A stretch of 63,936 nucleotides of DNA, counting the filler, from Choristocarpus tenellus KU-1152 (taxonomy: Eukaryota; Protista; Phaeophyceae), in the NCBI GenBank assembly GCA_964200185.2. It is 14 parts of 14 records of this genome, joined end to end, with 100 filler letters (N's around TTAATTAATTAA, not from the genome) between each part and the next. Parts side by side here need not be neighbours in the genome. Positions count along the whole stretch, not along the records: positions 1 to 3,123 come from CAXNAD020022160.1; positions 3,224 to 7,976 come from CAXNAD020013188.1; positions 8,077 to 11,846 come from CAXNAD020018027.1; positions 11,947 to 15,087 come from CAXNAD020022028.1; 10 more parts are not named here. One strand, written 5' to 3'. Position numbers and translations under genes: made by a program. Below, one piece after another: positions 1-13,049 of the stretch. The notes below the pieces were generated by a model, which ran no database searches, was not told the origin of the DNA, and saw only the letters and a program-made list of their open reading frames with translations. Position 1 is the first letter of the stretch; each line of letters opens with the position of its first letter.

Positions 1-5
1 CCCCC

Positions 6-2760
6 CTAAGTGTGTACCAATTGTCCTTCCTCATATTCCTTCAACACATAGTGTTTGCATAGTAACGCCTGGGGCAATACCCACAGACTAAAATTTACCT
101 GATTCAGAAATTGCACAATTTCCGAGGTTTTCGAGAGGAAGTTAGCTGTAACGTATGGCAATTTGCTGGGTGTGCTCATCCTCATTGGGGTGTGAAACAA
201 GCAATGATCCTGAAGTGGAATCTCTATATATGACTGTGACTTACACTTGAATTCCACCCCTGGATTAAACTCAGAGCAGTCAAGGGCTGTGAAGGCGCCA
301 CAACAATTTCTGCTTGTGTAGTGAGGCACATGCACTTGAAAGTCATTAAAAAAGAATCAACTCAGTAAAGCTTTGCATATGTTGATCTGCATATATTCTG
401 CAGAAGGTGGGTTTTCCTCTCCAGTGCAACATATTTTCTATCGCAGCAATGGTGTGAAGAGTGACAGTAAGGCAGTCTTGTTTACTGTCCAGTTGACCAT
501 GAGTGTACTCCCCAACCTTGAGTCCCCATCTTGAACCCAGGATTATAACAAATGAATATTGCAAGCGCAGAGTGTGTTTTATGACAAGACTTGGTGTCCC
601 CATTCATGTTTCTAGGCTGAATCATGTTGTGTGATTCATGCTTATATAGCTGCAGGCATAAAATACATTGTTTTCCTATTGAAAATTTTGTACCTTGAGT
701 TGAGAGCAAGATCTACAATAACTAAGAACTGTTATTGTTCCCATTGCAAATGATATTCTTGTTCTTTAATCAACAGGTTCTAAGTGCTTAAGAAAGTCCC
801 CAAAAAGATAATATTATTCTGTCATTCTCTGACTTCTTGTCCCCATATGTGCTGACATCATTGTTGTTCCCACCTCGTAAATGTTGGCGGGATAGCCCTA
901 GAGGCATAACTTGTTGATAGTCTGAACTAAACGTACGTATGTACGTTCAACTACAGTTAACAGCACGGAAAACAGGTCTCACACATATAGAGCTGTAGTC
1001 AGTTCAACACAATACATACACTACATGTCTGTCCTTCACTCTCTGGAAAATTGCATTGGTGTGAAAAGCTAGATAGTAGCCAACATTTCACACAAACACA
1101 CATGTACGATTCTCCTTCCCCTTTACTCGTCACCAATCTCTGCTACTCACTGTTGCTTAGCATGATTTTGATCAATCTTACCGATCCTCTTGCTCCTCTG
1201 CCTCTTGGAGGGTGTGGGTAAGACTAGCAATTTTTCCCTCTCTCTCTGCAGCCTGGTCCCGGTGCCGTTGCCGATCCTTCTCCAAAGTGACATCATGCTT
1301 AGCCTTAGCCTCTTCAAGTAACTATTTACAGAGTTAAATTGTTTTGATTTCAGGTATTATTACATAGAGCCGATGGAACTGCGATAATTGCAAGTCTGAG
1401 CATATTGTTGCCTAATAAGGGACTTCTGTCTTGGGTCTACAAGGTCTACACTTAAGGTGGGTTTTGTAGTGTGACTGTGGGCTACTGCTGTGCTTGTGGC
1501 TTCTTAAAACAGTTTGCTGCAAATCATATTATCAAGTACCTACAGGTAAATAATGTATATTTACATAATGATCTCTCTCTCTCTCTCTCTCTTATTGAAG
1601 GCATGTGTCTGTCTCATGACGTGCCAAGTGGCATCTTTTGAGATCATTGGAGTAGATTACGTCAGTTCAATATTTTGAGAGTGAGGAGGAGGATTTCGGA
1701 CGAGGGATAATTGTTGCTAATACCTAGAGCATACATATGTCAATGAACAATGGACATGAAAACGATCTTGCCTTTCTTGCATATTCTTGCTTCCTGTTCT
1801 GATTTTCCTGGGACATGACCAGTTGACTCATGACGAGATTTTGCATCTGATAGTGGAATATGAGGGTCTGGTGGGCTGGGGGTGTGTGTACAAGATCTCA
1901 TCTGTATCCAAAATAGTGCATGGTTTGATGATGTGGTTCAGGACAAGGTGAACGCTTGCAAGAACTCAGGGTGATATTGTTTGTCAACAATAACCTACAT
2001 TGCCATTCTTAATGGTGACTCCAACTTACATTGCCATCTGAAAATATAGAAGGGCTTCCTCCAAAACTTTAAAACCACTTCTATCCTGTTAATGGTTGAG
2101 TCGAACTCATGGTGTTCAGTACAGGCATAGAAATTAGAGGAAAAAAAGGCTCAAAAGTTGATGCATCTAGTCATAGTCCTCAATCCAATGAACCCACCCT
2201 TTGGGTGCTTGCACAAGACACGAGTTCCTTCACAGCTCCTGGAGACCTCTGCACCCTCCCCCCCACCCCAGCTGTACCTGGTCTCCCTCCCTTCATGCCT
2301 GGATGATGACTTGGTGCTGTGGGTGGTCTACTGTTTCCCATGTTTCCTTGTTGATCTGGGATTGCGATCCTCAGCCCCTGAGCTATCTCAGGCGCCATTG
2401 AGTTTACTGTTGAGGGGGATGCAGTACTTGGGTCCACTGGGCTTTGCGCTGTATTTGGAGGGGGGCAATCAAAGGTGACCACTGCTGTTTCTACCTCTTT
2501 TTGAACTGTACTGAACTTCCGATTACGAAAACCTGTGGCTGTGTCCTTCACCTGTTGAGTTTTTTGGTGCTTGGTGTTGTTTGGTGTTGTTTGGTGGATG
2601 TTTATTGTGGGAACAAGGCCACGATTTTGATGATGAGATCTGTCAAAGGCTTTACTTGCTCAATAATAATTCAAAGGATACAATCGGAGATACTCTGTTT
2701 CATTCGCTCAGAACTAGGTTTGCACATGTACCATCTCAGCAGGGGAGGGAACAGGCAATG
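6..2760 (-). mobile_element. Highly degenerate non-LTR retrotransposon remnant
   Basis: Broken minus-strand frames in the order expected for ORF1, endonuclease, RT: a Pro/Gly-rich segment (2180-2551), an APE-like NFYACTE segment (about 2050-2140), an RT-like LGYPANIY segment (about 870-900) and a C-terminal HCLF segment. Many stops and frameshifts; recognised by motif resemblance only. Confidence 0.35.
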
Positions 2761-3043
2761 ATTTGCTTTGGGGAAAAAAATGTAACCTCCAACGCAAGAT
2801 GTGCTCACAAAGGTTTTCACTCTATTATAGTATGCATTCATTATCTTCTTGTGCACTTCTGAAGCCATCAAGTGTAGAATTTCATGGCATCTTTTGTTTT
2901 TTTGTTTCCTCGTATAGAACGCAAGCAGCTACTGTTAGAAAACATTTGTCCTCAGAAATATCCAATCCCAAAGCACACCCAATTCAAATCTGGTTCATCT
3001 AGTGCACTCTGTATTCTATTATCAAGATAAACATCTGCTGTGC

Positions 3044-3123
3044 GACCCAAAGTATCTGGGGGGGGGGGGGGGGGGGGACCCCCCCGGGGGGCCCGTTGGG
3101 CCCAAAAAAAGGAAAGGGGAGAG
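3044..3123 (+). mobile_element. MITE family C, left end, truncated at contig break
   Basis: Begins GACCCAAAGTATCTGGG plus poly-G, the same as copies at 31379 and 55606. Confidence 0.75.
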
Positions 3124-3223
3124 NNNNNNNNNNNNNNNNNNNNNNNNNNNNNNNNNNNNNNNNNNNNTTAATTAATTAANNNNNNNNNNNNNNNNNNNNN
3201 NNNNNNNNNNNNNNNNNNNNNNN
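3124..3223. other. Artificial contig-joining spacer (first of 13; others 7977-8076, 11847-11946, 15088-15187, 20346-20445, 31448-31547, 34986-35085, 38516-38615, 47277-47376, 50622-50721, 54680-54779, 58058-58157, 61246-61345)
   Basis: Identical 100-bp blocks of N44 + TTAATTAATTAA (stop codons in all six frames) + N44. Confidence 0.98.
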
Positions 3224-3779
3224 GGGGGAGGGGAACTTCGTTCTTTTTTCTTCTTGTGACTTTGTGTGTGAAAGGAATGTAGCAGTTGCAAAGTACGATG
3301 GCTGAGTTATAAAAGAGAAGGGAAAATAAAAGATACAGTAAGGTAGGTGCAGTTATGCAAAGTTTGCAATGTTTTGTTTATGTGTGTAAGACCAGCAACA
3401 ACCCTTTGTCCTCTTCTTGTCTTGTTTTTTATTTTATGTACGAGATGTTGGGGATGCGCAAAGTTTTGTCTGAGTTTTTTTTTGTGACTTTTTTGGGGGT
3501 GTTTGTGTGTGGAATTTTATTTCTGAGATACTACACTATAGTGAACACTTTAAAGAATGAGTGAATGCTGCCGTGTAGTGTCTTCCAGACAACTCTGTTG
3601 TTGAACGAGGTGAGTATGCTGGCAGTATGGCCTTGATACCATCTGTCATCAATGTTGACAAGATAGTGGAGTGACACAGGGCTGTTTAATTGAACATATC
3701 GAGCACAGATGCAGGAATGCTATGGTGTGTGACCGTAATGTGCTGCACATTTGGATGGTTGAACTGTTGTTTGTTGCAA

Positions 3780-4930
3780 CTGCCTATCCTTGCCTATAGC
3801 TGGTAATGGTACCCTCGAGAAGAGAAGTCAGGGATGTTCTCATCAGTGAATGAATTCTTGCTAACATACCACACACTTCTGCGTGAAGGGTTATTCTTGT
3901 AAGGAACACCCATAATTTGGAGTTAGAATCTTTGGATCTTTGGTGTACAGATAGCGCATTTGTGACATAAGCCAACAAGAGGGAGAAGGATGGCGTTATA
4001 TTATAGTTTCTTTTATAGAAGACAGGGTATATGGCTGGAGGGGGTTGTGTGAGGTCAGAAGAAGGTGGGCGGATGCCGATGGAGGTATGGCATGACTTGA
4101 TAACATGACTCAAGTGTCCTATGTTAGCTGGTGATATTGCACTGAAGTTGTTAGAAATTTGATGGAGTCCTGGTAGTATCAGTTTTGTCTTTGATCACAT
4201 GATGGGATGTCTTCAGTGAGGGTACACAATTTAGATATAACACGTTTCTTTGGTCCCCAGCTGCCAATTACAACTATTTGCTTGACGCATCCTTTCATAT
4301 TTTTCTCATCATATTCCAAGTAACATACATGGGTGTCTTTCAATTCCCCTTGCTTCCTGCTCCTGTTGGCAAGAGAGACCATATCCCCAATTGTTCGATC
4401 TAAATGATGAGGATCAATGCCACCAAATCAATTGCAGCATCTCTAAACCTTCAAGACAACCTATTCTTTCGAATGTCATTTTCAAATCACTTCTCTTAAC
4501 TTGGGTGGAGTATTTTTATATTTTCCTTGTTTTGGGTGTAATTGAGAATGAGAAAGGTATTGAGGTGGGACACTTTTCTTGCAATTCTCTTTGTATATTT
4601 TCTGAGTGAGTTTCCAACTTCCTGCTCCACGTTCAGCTGTTAAGAGCAAAAATAGGAGCGTCTCTGGAGTTGAAGTGGCTTCAGTGTTAGGGTATGCCCA
4701 CATCTTTTGCTTTAATGCTTGAGTCCGTCCAAGTATAACATTCTGAGATTTTTATGCTCCTTCTACCTCAATGTGGAGGTAGTACATGTGACCGAGGTTA
4801 AGAAGGATCAGAAAAAAATGTTGCAAAATTGTGACATTTGAACTGGCTTCAGTTTGACCAATTGGACAATGAATAATAACTGAACTGTGAAAGTATTCTT
4901 TTGTTTACTCAATTTTCGCGATCTCCAGCA
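3780..4930 (-). mobile_element. Degenerate non-LTR retrotransposon fragment (possible RNase H region)
   Basis: Fragmented frames with YT(W)DG-like, AERGA and VIKSCHTSIGIR segments, in the order of RNase H motifs (YTDGS, RAEL, KVKSHxGI). Heavily disrupted. Confidence 0.3.
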
Positions 4931-5764
4931 GAATAAGTGTGACTACTGAATGTCTCAAGAGGTCACAGAACCACTTTTTTTTGTCTAAAGGTGTCACTAA
5001 CAACAACTCACTGCACACTTCACTGCCTACTGGTGAGACCTGTGGAGGCTTTGGAGTTTTTGGCTTGCTGTGCCATGTACCACTGGTTGAGCTACATGAG
5101 TTTCACACGCATCACCTCATACACCAACAGCTCAGTCAAAATATGTTTGTTTTTTGATCTAATTTAATTGTAAGACCAAATTATTTCGGCTCACGACACA
5201 AAAAGAAAGGGTACATTGCTGAAAGGGCCTGACAGGCGAGATATGCACAGAGAGCTCTCACATCGGTATCCAAACTGTTCCAAAAAGTATGGAAGTATGG
5301 CTTCAAAGTATCACTATGGAAGAAACATTGAGGTGAGAAAAGAGATGGTGTATCCGTAAGATCGTTTCTACAGTATTACACACGTGAACCAATCCAGTAT
5401 ATACACCTCTAGTCAACACACACCTTATTATGCAATGGTGGCAGTCAAAGAGCATTGATCAATTCATGGTGTCAATTCATACTACTCCATGCAAATTTCC
5501 CCCCCCAAAATAAATGCTTTACCAGCATCTGTGCAAAAAAAACATACCCACTCCTCAAACAAAGAACAAAACACCGCACTGCAACCCTTATCCATGCATG
5601 AACCACAATTGACACACTACAAAACATTGCAACAATAGCATGAAAGGATAGAGGGCATTTTGATCGTTCAAAGATAGAATGAGCCACACACTGCCTAGTC
5701 TTGTGGAAGAGCTTCAAATCGTCTTATGTACACATGAGCACATCAATTGCAATTTTTGTACAAG

Positions 5765-5766
<2 letters not shown>

Positions 5767-5797
<31 letters not shown>
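5767..5797. repeat. (TG)n microsatellite
   Basis: Direct reading. Confidence 0.95.
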
Positions 5798-5800
<3 letters not shown>

Positions 5801-6620
5801 ACACCTATTCTGAATGATGCAAATCACCTCTTGGTTTGCTTATTGCGCTGTATGTCACGATTGTCTATGGTGTTCAAAAGTCACTCTTGAAACAAGAACA
5901 TGATTCCTAATCATCAATATCAGATAAGAGGAAGCAAAACAAAACAAAACTAAGAAGACCTTACCAAACGTATCACTGTCCTTCACAACAGCTAGTCACC
6001 ATTGTACTGGAGCACAAGTATTCATGATGGAAGGGGTTGCTTACTAGCAGAAATAGCTACCACAACATGGCATACTAGTGCAATTTAGGTGTTGTTGTGC
6101 CAAATGTGAACAAAGATCGCAACTTTCAAAAAGCACATCTATCGCTATCGAGAAGGGTTGGCTGTGTTACAGACACACAAGGCCTTGTATTCCTATTCAC
6201 CTGAGCACAAAGTTAAAAGCAACACCATCACGTATAAACGATGCCGCAACTAACATCTTCAATAAACACAGGAAGCAGCACAGAACACTCACCTACAAAT
6301 CAACCTTGGTCAGCACTGCCTTGTAGATATTGTTATCAAACACACACCACCAAGACATAAAAAAAATTACACACCTCACAACCTATTGGAACAAGCAACC
6401 ACAGATGCGCACTCTTGTGCTCCTCACACTGTTGCACCCAGCACTCTATTCTCTACACTCTATTCAACTGCTCCACTCCTACCGACCCCACCTAAACAAC
6501 ACAAACCTCCATAGCAACATGCAACCAATTCTACAACCATCATCTCCTCCGCTCCTCCACAGACACTTAAGAATAATGCCCACAGAGCGCACCATCACAA
6601 ACCAATCACTCAACCTCCCT

Positions 6621-7682
6621 CTACCTCTTACTGCGGGCAACCCAATCCTTCGCCCAGAAGTCACTGGTATATGGAGAATCAAAGGAGCCCCCTTCACCCA
6701 CTGCATCTGGAGGGTGAAACCAGTAGTTGAAGGCCATGTGACCTTCCTCAGACCCCAGGGAAGTCACCTCATGGAACCACCCAGCAGGGAGATAAAGCAT
6801 CTGCCCTGCACTTACAACCACCTCCACCATCCGGTCTGCCCCTGGGAATAGAGGAAAATTCTTCGCCAATTCCTCGGGTGGCATGGAAGGATCAACCCGG
6901 GAGAAGTTCACAGGGGCCGACTTCTCACCCGACCCTGAATTCACCTCACCATTTTCCATCTCTGTGATTGGTGAGGATACTGGGCACACGCCTTGCGCAG
7001 GCGTTGCCCCTGTGGTGGCCGCTTCTGCCCTTCCCTTACCCTTCTCCTTCCTGTTGACATTTAGAGCCTCTTGTGTGTTGAAGGTTGTTGCATGACCTCC
7101 GTAGTCTTCTTCCTCACCAATCTTCAACCCAGACGGTTTGCTGTCATCTATTTCATTGTCCTCTTTGCTATCACTCCCCTCTACAATATCGTCAAAAAAA
7201 CCTGGCCCACCGTCACTGTCAGATTCTTCTGAGTCATGTCCTGTTGAGCCCCCCCCTCCCCCCCCCCGATCCCCATAACAAGAGACAAAAGTATAAAACC
7301 ACAGGGTGTAACAGCGTGATCAGCCATTAAGGGAACCCAATACAATGATTGGTATAAAGGAGTAATCAAAAGAAATGTCTTCACTATATCTCCATGCTCT
7401 ATGACATCAACTCATTTGGATAGTATGGTGCAACAGATTGGATGGAATTCAACCACCAGAAGGCGTGCAAACAAAGACTTTGTCCAACAAACAACTTGCA
7501 CACCTCCATGCCTAAGCAACCTGTCCAGCACACTCCGGTCTTAAGCCTAAAACCTCACCTCCACCCTGACACTCAGCATCCAACACGGCCTCCAACGCCT
7601 CTTCCAGCTTGTCCTCTGCCAAAATGAGGCGTTTTGAGGCACCCTCTTCCCCCTGGTCCACCGCAGTCTGTGCCGCTGCCAC
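6621..7682 (-). CDS. JmjC/cupin-like 2-oxoglutarate oxygenase, 3' part (exons 7682-7559 and 7240-6621)
   Basis: The terminal exon encodes PVNFSRVD...NFPLF...VVVSAGQMLYLPAGWFHEVTS...HMAFNYWFHPP, the JmjC C-terminal signature with the distal Fe-binding His. The GT-AG intron is phase-compatible (GGA G|gtgagg ... caacag|GA CAT). The 5' exons lie off-contig. Confidence 0.9.
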
Positions 7683-7818
7683 CTTCAAAGGTGGGTACAA
7701 AACAAAAGTATGTTTGTCAACATAAAATATCACCATTATACATCACAGGACTGGTGTCCGATAGACAGAAAAGAGTTCCAGAACATTCCGCAATAAATCA
7801 ACCACCTCTTTCCACCAT

Positions 7819-7976
7819 GGGTCAAAGTATCTTGGGGGGTGGGGGGTGTCGGCGTCCGTTTTTCACCCTTTTTTCGATTTTCACTTTTTTGGTGTGATTT
7901 GGTCGCATGGGTCGGATTTGAAATTTCAGCAAAAAAAAGTTTTTTTTGGTCGAAACGGACGCCCCCTCACAACCCC
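7819..7976 (+). mobile_element. MITE family B, truncated at contig break
   Basis: GGGTCAAAGTATC-polyG-TGTCGGCGTCCGTTTTTCACCC; near-identical to 43278-43433 and 59132-59322. Confidence 0.9.
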
Positions 7977-8076
7977 NNNNNNNNNNNNNNNNNNNNNNNN
8001 NNNNNNNNNNNNNNNNNNNNTTAATTAATTAANNNNNNNNNNNNNNNNNNNNNNNNNNNNNNNNNNNNNNNNNNNN

Positions 8077-11000
8077 GTCTTGCCCGGTGATTCTCTTCAC
8101 CACCCTTGCCTGAGTGAACCACACCGCCACAGAATCACACGATTCACATACCTATATATTGGTATAAATGACGACTTGATCAACCCGATTCGATAAAATC
8201 GAGAAATAATCGTGATATAATGAAAATTATTATTTTTATATACTCACCACCAACCACACACAGAAAATGAATACAACTCGTTTCCATGTACCACAATATT
8301 CTACATAGCCCAAAGGTGGGAGATTTGGTCTAAGGACTTGGATCATCCATATGCCGCAAATGTACATGGATAAGTGGAGCATGACCCTGAGAAATACCAG
8401 GGGTAGGATGGAGACGGGGTGGAGGAAGGAGAGAAGGATGTCCACCTTCCAAGAGACCAAGAAAAGGATAAATATGCCATAACCTGGTCAAAGTAACGTT
8501 TCACGTCCAACAATCCACGGTGATACAAGAAGCAGTCAATAGCGAGACTATCCAACGTTGCGTTCTTCAACACCTTCATGAAGAACAGTGCCTTTGCCAG
8601 CTCTGAGATATAGGTGGGAGACTGGAGATTAACGGCAAACCCTAGAACCTCCAGGACGGGTTTGTTCGGAAATTTGAAGAGTTTGCGAGGCAGATGAGGG
8701 AACGGGATAGATCACTCAGTGATATTTACGTACTTTCGTGACAGCGAAGGCCACCGGATTTGGGTGCCCTCATATGTCGCTTCTTGGTAAGGTATTGTCC
8801 TTACACTATTAGCATCATTGCCACAACACTGGTATGTCAAACATTGTTTCCTCCACAGCTCCCTCTTATGTTCAACATGCTCAAACATCAAAGTCGACCC
8901 CTAACCTCTACTGTCTATACGCAGGTGCTGGAGAGCATCCACTTCAAAACGTTAATCTCAGTATGACTGAAAACTGGTACTGGCGACTGGTATGGGTCGA
9001 GCTCGTTACCGACATTCCAGAAGAAGAGGACAAGCAGTTGGTATAATGCAGCACAGTGCACACATACATAGCCCATACTTCCTGTCAAGAGAGGTAGCCT
9101 GCCTCACGTGAATAGACTGAAGGACTTCCCCATACGAGCGTATTCTAAGGGTATTAGGAGTCAAGCTTCTACAGGTGGAGGTTACGATCAAGCAACATGG
9201 AACGGTGGTTAGGCACAAGCAATAGTGGACTCTTCGCTTGAATGCATTATTGGAGAGACAGGCTCAATAGCTTGCACAGGCAGAGACAACCTCAAGATTT
9301 CATCCTTTCCACGCGTCTTGAAAAATGTCATGCGTTTTCATCATTACTGCATCTCAGAAGGCGTAGGAGTGCACGACATCGGTATCTAGGAGTCGAGCGC
9401 CAGTCAAAAGACAGGTAAAACATGAATGTGCCGCCTTCCATCTCTTCCATCAGAAAAAAACATGATTGCAGCCAAGAATGACAAAAAGGCAAAGATGATC
9501 CAAAATTGAAGCAACCAAGCCTAAATATAAATAGGTGGATGTATATATTCTTTCTTGATTCTCTGAAAATTTCCACTATTTTTTAAAAGTGTGGTTTGTG
9601 ATCTGTTGTCTAAGTTTTTGTCTCTCCATTATTGCAGTGCCACTTTGTAGGTACAACATTCTCTAGTTTGTTGTGTTCAAAAAATATATACTGGTCTTAA
9701 AAAAGAGGTTTCTAAAACAAGATGACTCTCTTTGCATCTCTCTCAGATTGAGAATCCATATATTGAATTTTCTTTCTTCAAAACACATGATATTACACGA
9801 AGATGTTGATTTGGGTATGGAGAGAGTACACAAATGAGTGGAAGGCAAAAAAATAAAACAAGCAAATTTTACGTAGTAGGAGCTATTATGATGTAAGAGA
9901 GAACTTTTGATTCTCAGCACCTTACATACGCAAAAATGATTCTTTTTCAACATACAGGCACCCTCTCAAGTAAATCTCACCATCAAGGGTCTCTCCTCGG
10001 GGGCGCCTACCCCTAGCCCACATGCTGGCAAACCCATTGCTTGATGATGCTTCCTCAGGAAAGGAAAAACCTGCCCGAGATGGACAGGAGCTGCTTAACT
10101 CAGCAGAGCTTGCCCATGAATATTTGTTTGTATTCATGATACCATCCTCATCATCTTCATCATTCAAGACGGTCCCATCTGTGCCCAGTCTAAGAGTCAA
10201 TGCTGCAATAGGAGGGAGTAGGGGGCAAATTTACCATAATGCATCACCTGGATATTCCGGCTTAGTGCAAGAAGATACGAAATCAGGTCAAACACCTTCC
10301 ATCTACAGAAGATATTAATTGTATTTTTGGGCCTTAACACTGAAATATTACAAGACAAAAGGTCTTCCCAGCTTTAAGATAAAAAAGCTCATCTCAAGTG
10401 TAGACCAATTATTTATGAGTAAATAAAATTGGCAAAGATGACCTACATAATAAAAAGGTTTTGTCTTTGAGTTTCTTCTTGACAGAACCAACATCAGCTC
10501 TGATTTTATTGATGTGTTGTAGTGTGTCCTCCTTATTGTACAAGTTGCACCTGTACTGAATGAGATCCAAGGCAAAAAAAAAAATCACAATGACGTTCTT
10601 CAAACAACTGTGCTGGAAACAATATCCACAAGCCAGTAACTTTTGAGATTAAAAAAAATATTGGCCCAGAAAGAAAAAGGTAACACTGTGTATGAATGAC
10701 CATCTAATAAGTCAAGGTTAAGAATCATTGACAGACACCATGACTCTTGAAACAATATATCTAGATAAAGGAAGAGTCATGATCCCCCCCCCCTTCAGGT
10801 AGAATCAGACTGTGCAATTTGCTACCAACCAAACAAGAACCCATCAGTGAGTGTGAGGGAGGGCATATGTGGGGGGTGTACCAACCTTTCAGGATAATTT
10901 CAAGTAACCTCAGAGCTCCAGTTCACAACAAAAAACACACATCAACATAAAAACATGAGACCCATCCATAATCAATAAACAAATAAATCCACTATGACAC

Positions 11001-11277
11001 ACAATAACAGTATTGCCATGGAGTGGTACCTCTCGAGACCTGGGAATGTCTCTCTGGAACAGCATGGCACAGTAAAGGCCCACTACAATTACATATCAGC
11101 AAACTTCATTCCAGCTTACCCTGCTGCGAAATGCTGCTGGTCTGGCCATTGAACACCTCGTGGTTATGTCGGAACACCTGCATTCTAGCCAGGCCCCTGC
11201 CGTTGTCACTCATGCCCCTGGTCAACACCCCAACAAGGGTACTCTTTCCCGCACCGACGTGTCCGAGCACACCAATT
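8077..11277 (-). CDS. GTPBP1/GTPBP2-family translational GTPase, internal part (exons 11277-11120, 10202-9981, 8109-8077 partial)
   Basis: The first exon translates [53 protein letters not shown], the diagnostic GTPBP1/2 G1 to switch I pattern (DNGRG.AR..FRH.HE..G.TSS). Phase-1 splices join it to [15 protein letters not shown] and then [11 protein letters not shown]. The main exon is missing from the ORF track; the downstream exon boundaries are less certain. Confidence 0.85.
8400..9320 (+). mobile_element. Degenerate non-LTR retrotransposon 3' fragment (REL-type) inside the GTPase intron
   Basis: Broken frames with GDWRLTANP and [12 protein letters not shown] segments, resembling the GAWLxAxP and PD-(D/E)xK regions of CRE/R2-like elements. 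Weak resemblance. Confidence 0.25.
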
Positions 11278-11388
11278 CTTTTTCAGTTACACAACAACAA
11301 CAAAAAATGGAGAGAGAGCAACCAAAGAATAGGAGGTGAGGTATATTGCAATGCGGACAAGAACGAGACTGTGAAAAAAAAATAGAAA

Positions 11389-11393
<5 letters not shown>

Positions 11394-11426
<33 letters not shown>
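11394..11426. repeat. (AT)n microsatellite
   Basis: Direct reading. Confidence 0.95.
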
Positions 11427-11429
<3 letters not shown>

Positions 11430-11946
11430 CATGAGAGCAGATGAGCAGTAGTAACACGCAAACAATGAACAATGAAACACAAAAACATCAGCAATAGCAG
11501 GAGACCCAATGTAATAAAATCCATTAAAAAACGTTTAACATCAATACTATTAACAATAACATTGGGGAGTAAAGTGGATGGCGTGTGCGATATGACGGGG
11601 GGAAAATCAACATTCCCACCACTGAAATAGCTTGTTTGGAAGAATCATATTCACCCAATAGGCTGCTCTCACCAAAATACAATCTCAGTCATGATACTGA
11701 ACCCCCTTTGTTCTTGGTATGAGACACTTTTACATGAAAGAGAAGAGCAGAAACATAATATCAATAATAGTACTTGCCTAAGGTAGTGATAGGATATTAG
11801 TGGAAAATTTGTGCAAGCATGTCAAGCTTAGGGGCGGAAGGGGGGGNNNNNNNNNNNNNNNNNNNNNNNNNNNNNNNNNNNNNNNNNNNNTTAATTAATT
11901 AANNNNNNNNNNNNNNNNNNNNNNNNNNNNNNNNNNNNNNNNNNNN

Positions 11947-11966
11947 CCCCCCAGATAATTTGACCC
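11947..11966. mobile_element. MITE (family B-type) terminal fragment at contig start
   Basis: polyC-AGATAATTTGACCC matches the family B terminus AGATA(C/T)TTTGACCC. Confidence 0.65.
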
Positions 11967-12200
11967 CAATACGGGTGTCCTCTGACGACACTTCCAAGTG
12001 GGTAAGCAAGGCGCACTTCCTCCGATTGCTCAGAGAGGACAGGCTCAACATCAGGGTGAGGGTAGGAGGCGAATTTATAAAATGTGACATATGTGTCACA
12101 TTAAAAGAGAAGCGACACGGTGCGCCTAGTTTAAAACCCACGAACGACTCCACCGTCCTCGAGTCCATCGACAAGGAGCTGTCAGACCATCGAAAGGCAG
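11967..12200 (+). pseudogene. Transposase-like exon fragment (FxKCDxC...H motif)
   Basis: SKAHFLRLLREDRLNIRVRVGGEFIKCDICVTLKEKR...IDKELSDHRK resembles the Zn-binding CxxC...H segment that precedes the catalytic domain in Sola-related/DUF7869-type transposases. Followed by a possible splice donor. Confidence 0.45.
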
Positions 12201-13049
12201 GTGTCCAGCGTTAATTTTGCAACAATCGTACAGTAGCAACATGTCGCCGCCATTGCCCTCCACAAGCACCGAAATATTTTTTACCAAAATATATATCCCA
12301 TTCGTAGCAGGGCCCTAAAAAGTGCTGCAACATTTACAACAACAAAAAAAATGGGCACTTTCCGCACACCATTTTGGGTCAAACTCATCCTCCATAAAAA
12401 GCTCCATCCTCAATTTTGGTGATCGGCTGTTAAATGTTGCTCACCATTGAACATTGCTTACATGTCACCACATTATAATGAGTGGTACAGTGGAGATAGA
12501 ATACCCCAACTAAGGCTTGTACGCCAGTCGAAAGTCAGCAAGGGGTTGCAACGACGTTAGTAGAGTACTAAGCAGAAAGTTTTCATCGTCATTATTATCA
12601 ATCAATGCATCTCTTCCTGATAAACCATGTGACAGAGATGAGATATCACCACCAGAATATATTGATGCTGTCAATCACACTTGGGGTTGTAATGCACAGC
12701 CTTGCACAAAAAGCAGCACCCACTAGAATTGGCTGCCATAATAAAGCCTCCCCCCTCCCTGACATCTATATCCCTGATCTATGTACTGCCAGAGGGAGCA
12801 GTGTCTGCCTATATTATTATTCCACAATTAACACAACTATTTAGTAGCTGTTTCCATCAAGTCAAGTAGATGGAATAAAAAACTGCAAAACATTCTGACA
12901 AATCTGACAAGAAAAAGGCCTCTGGCGGACAAAACACACTCCTCTTGAGCAAACTCTCTTGGGTTTTCAAACACACCTGAACAAAAATAGCACAAGAAAT
13001 GGTCACCAGAACATCGATTCCATCGTAACACGCAATAATGCCTATCTCA

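Noticed and set aside
6330-7095. Plus-strand ORFs of 173 and 70 aa
   Set aside because: They are antisense shadows of the JmjC terminal exon and 3' UTR.
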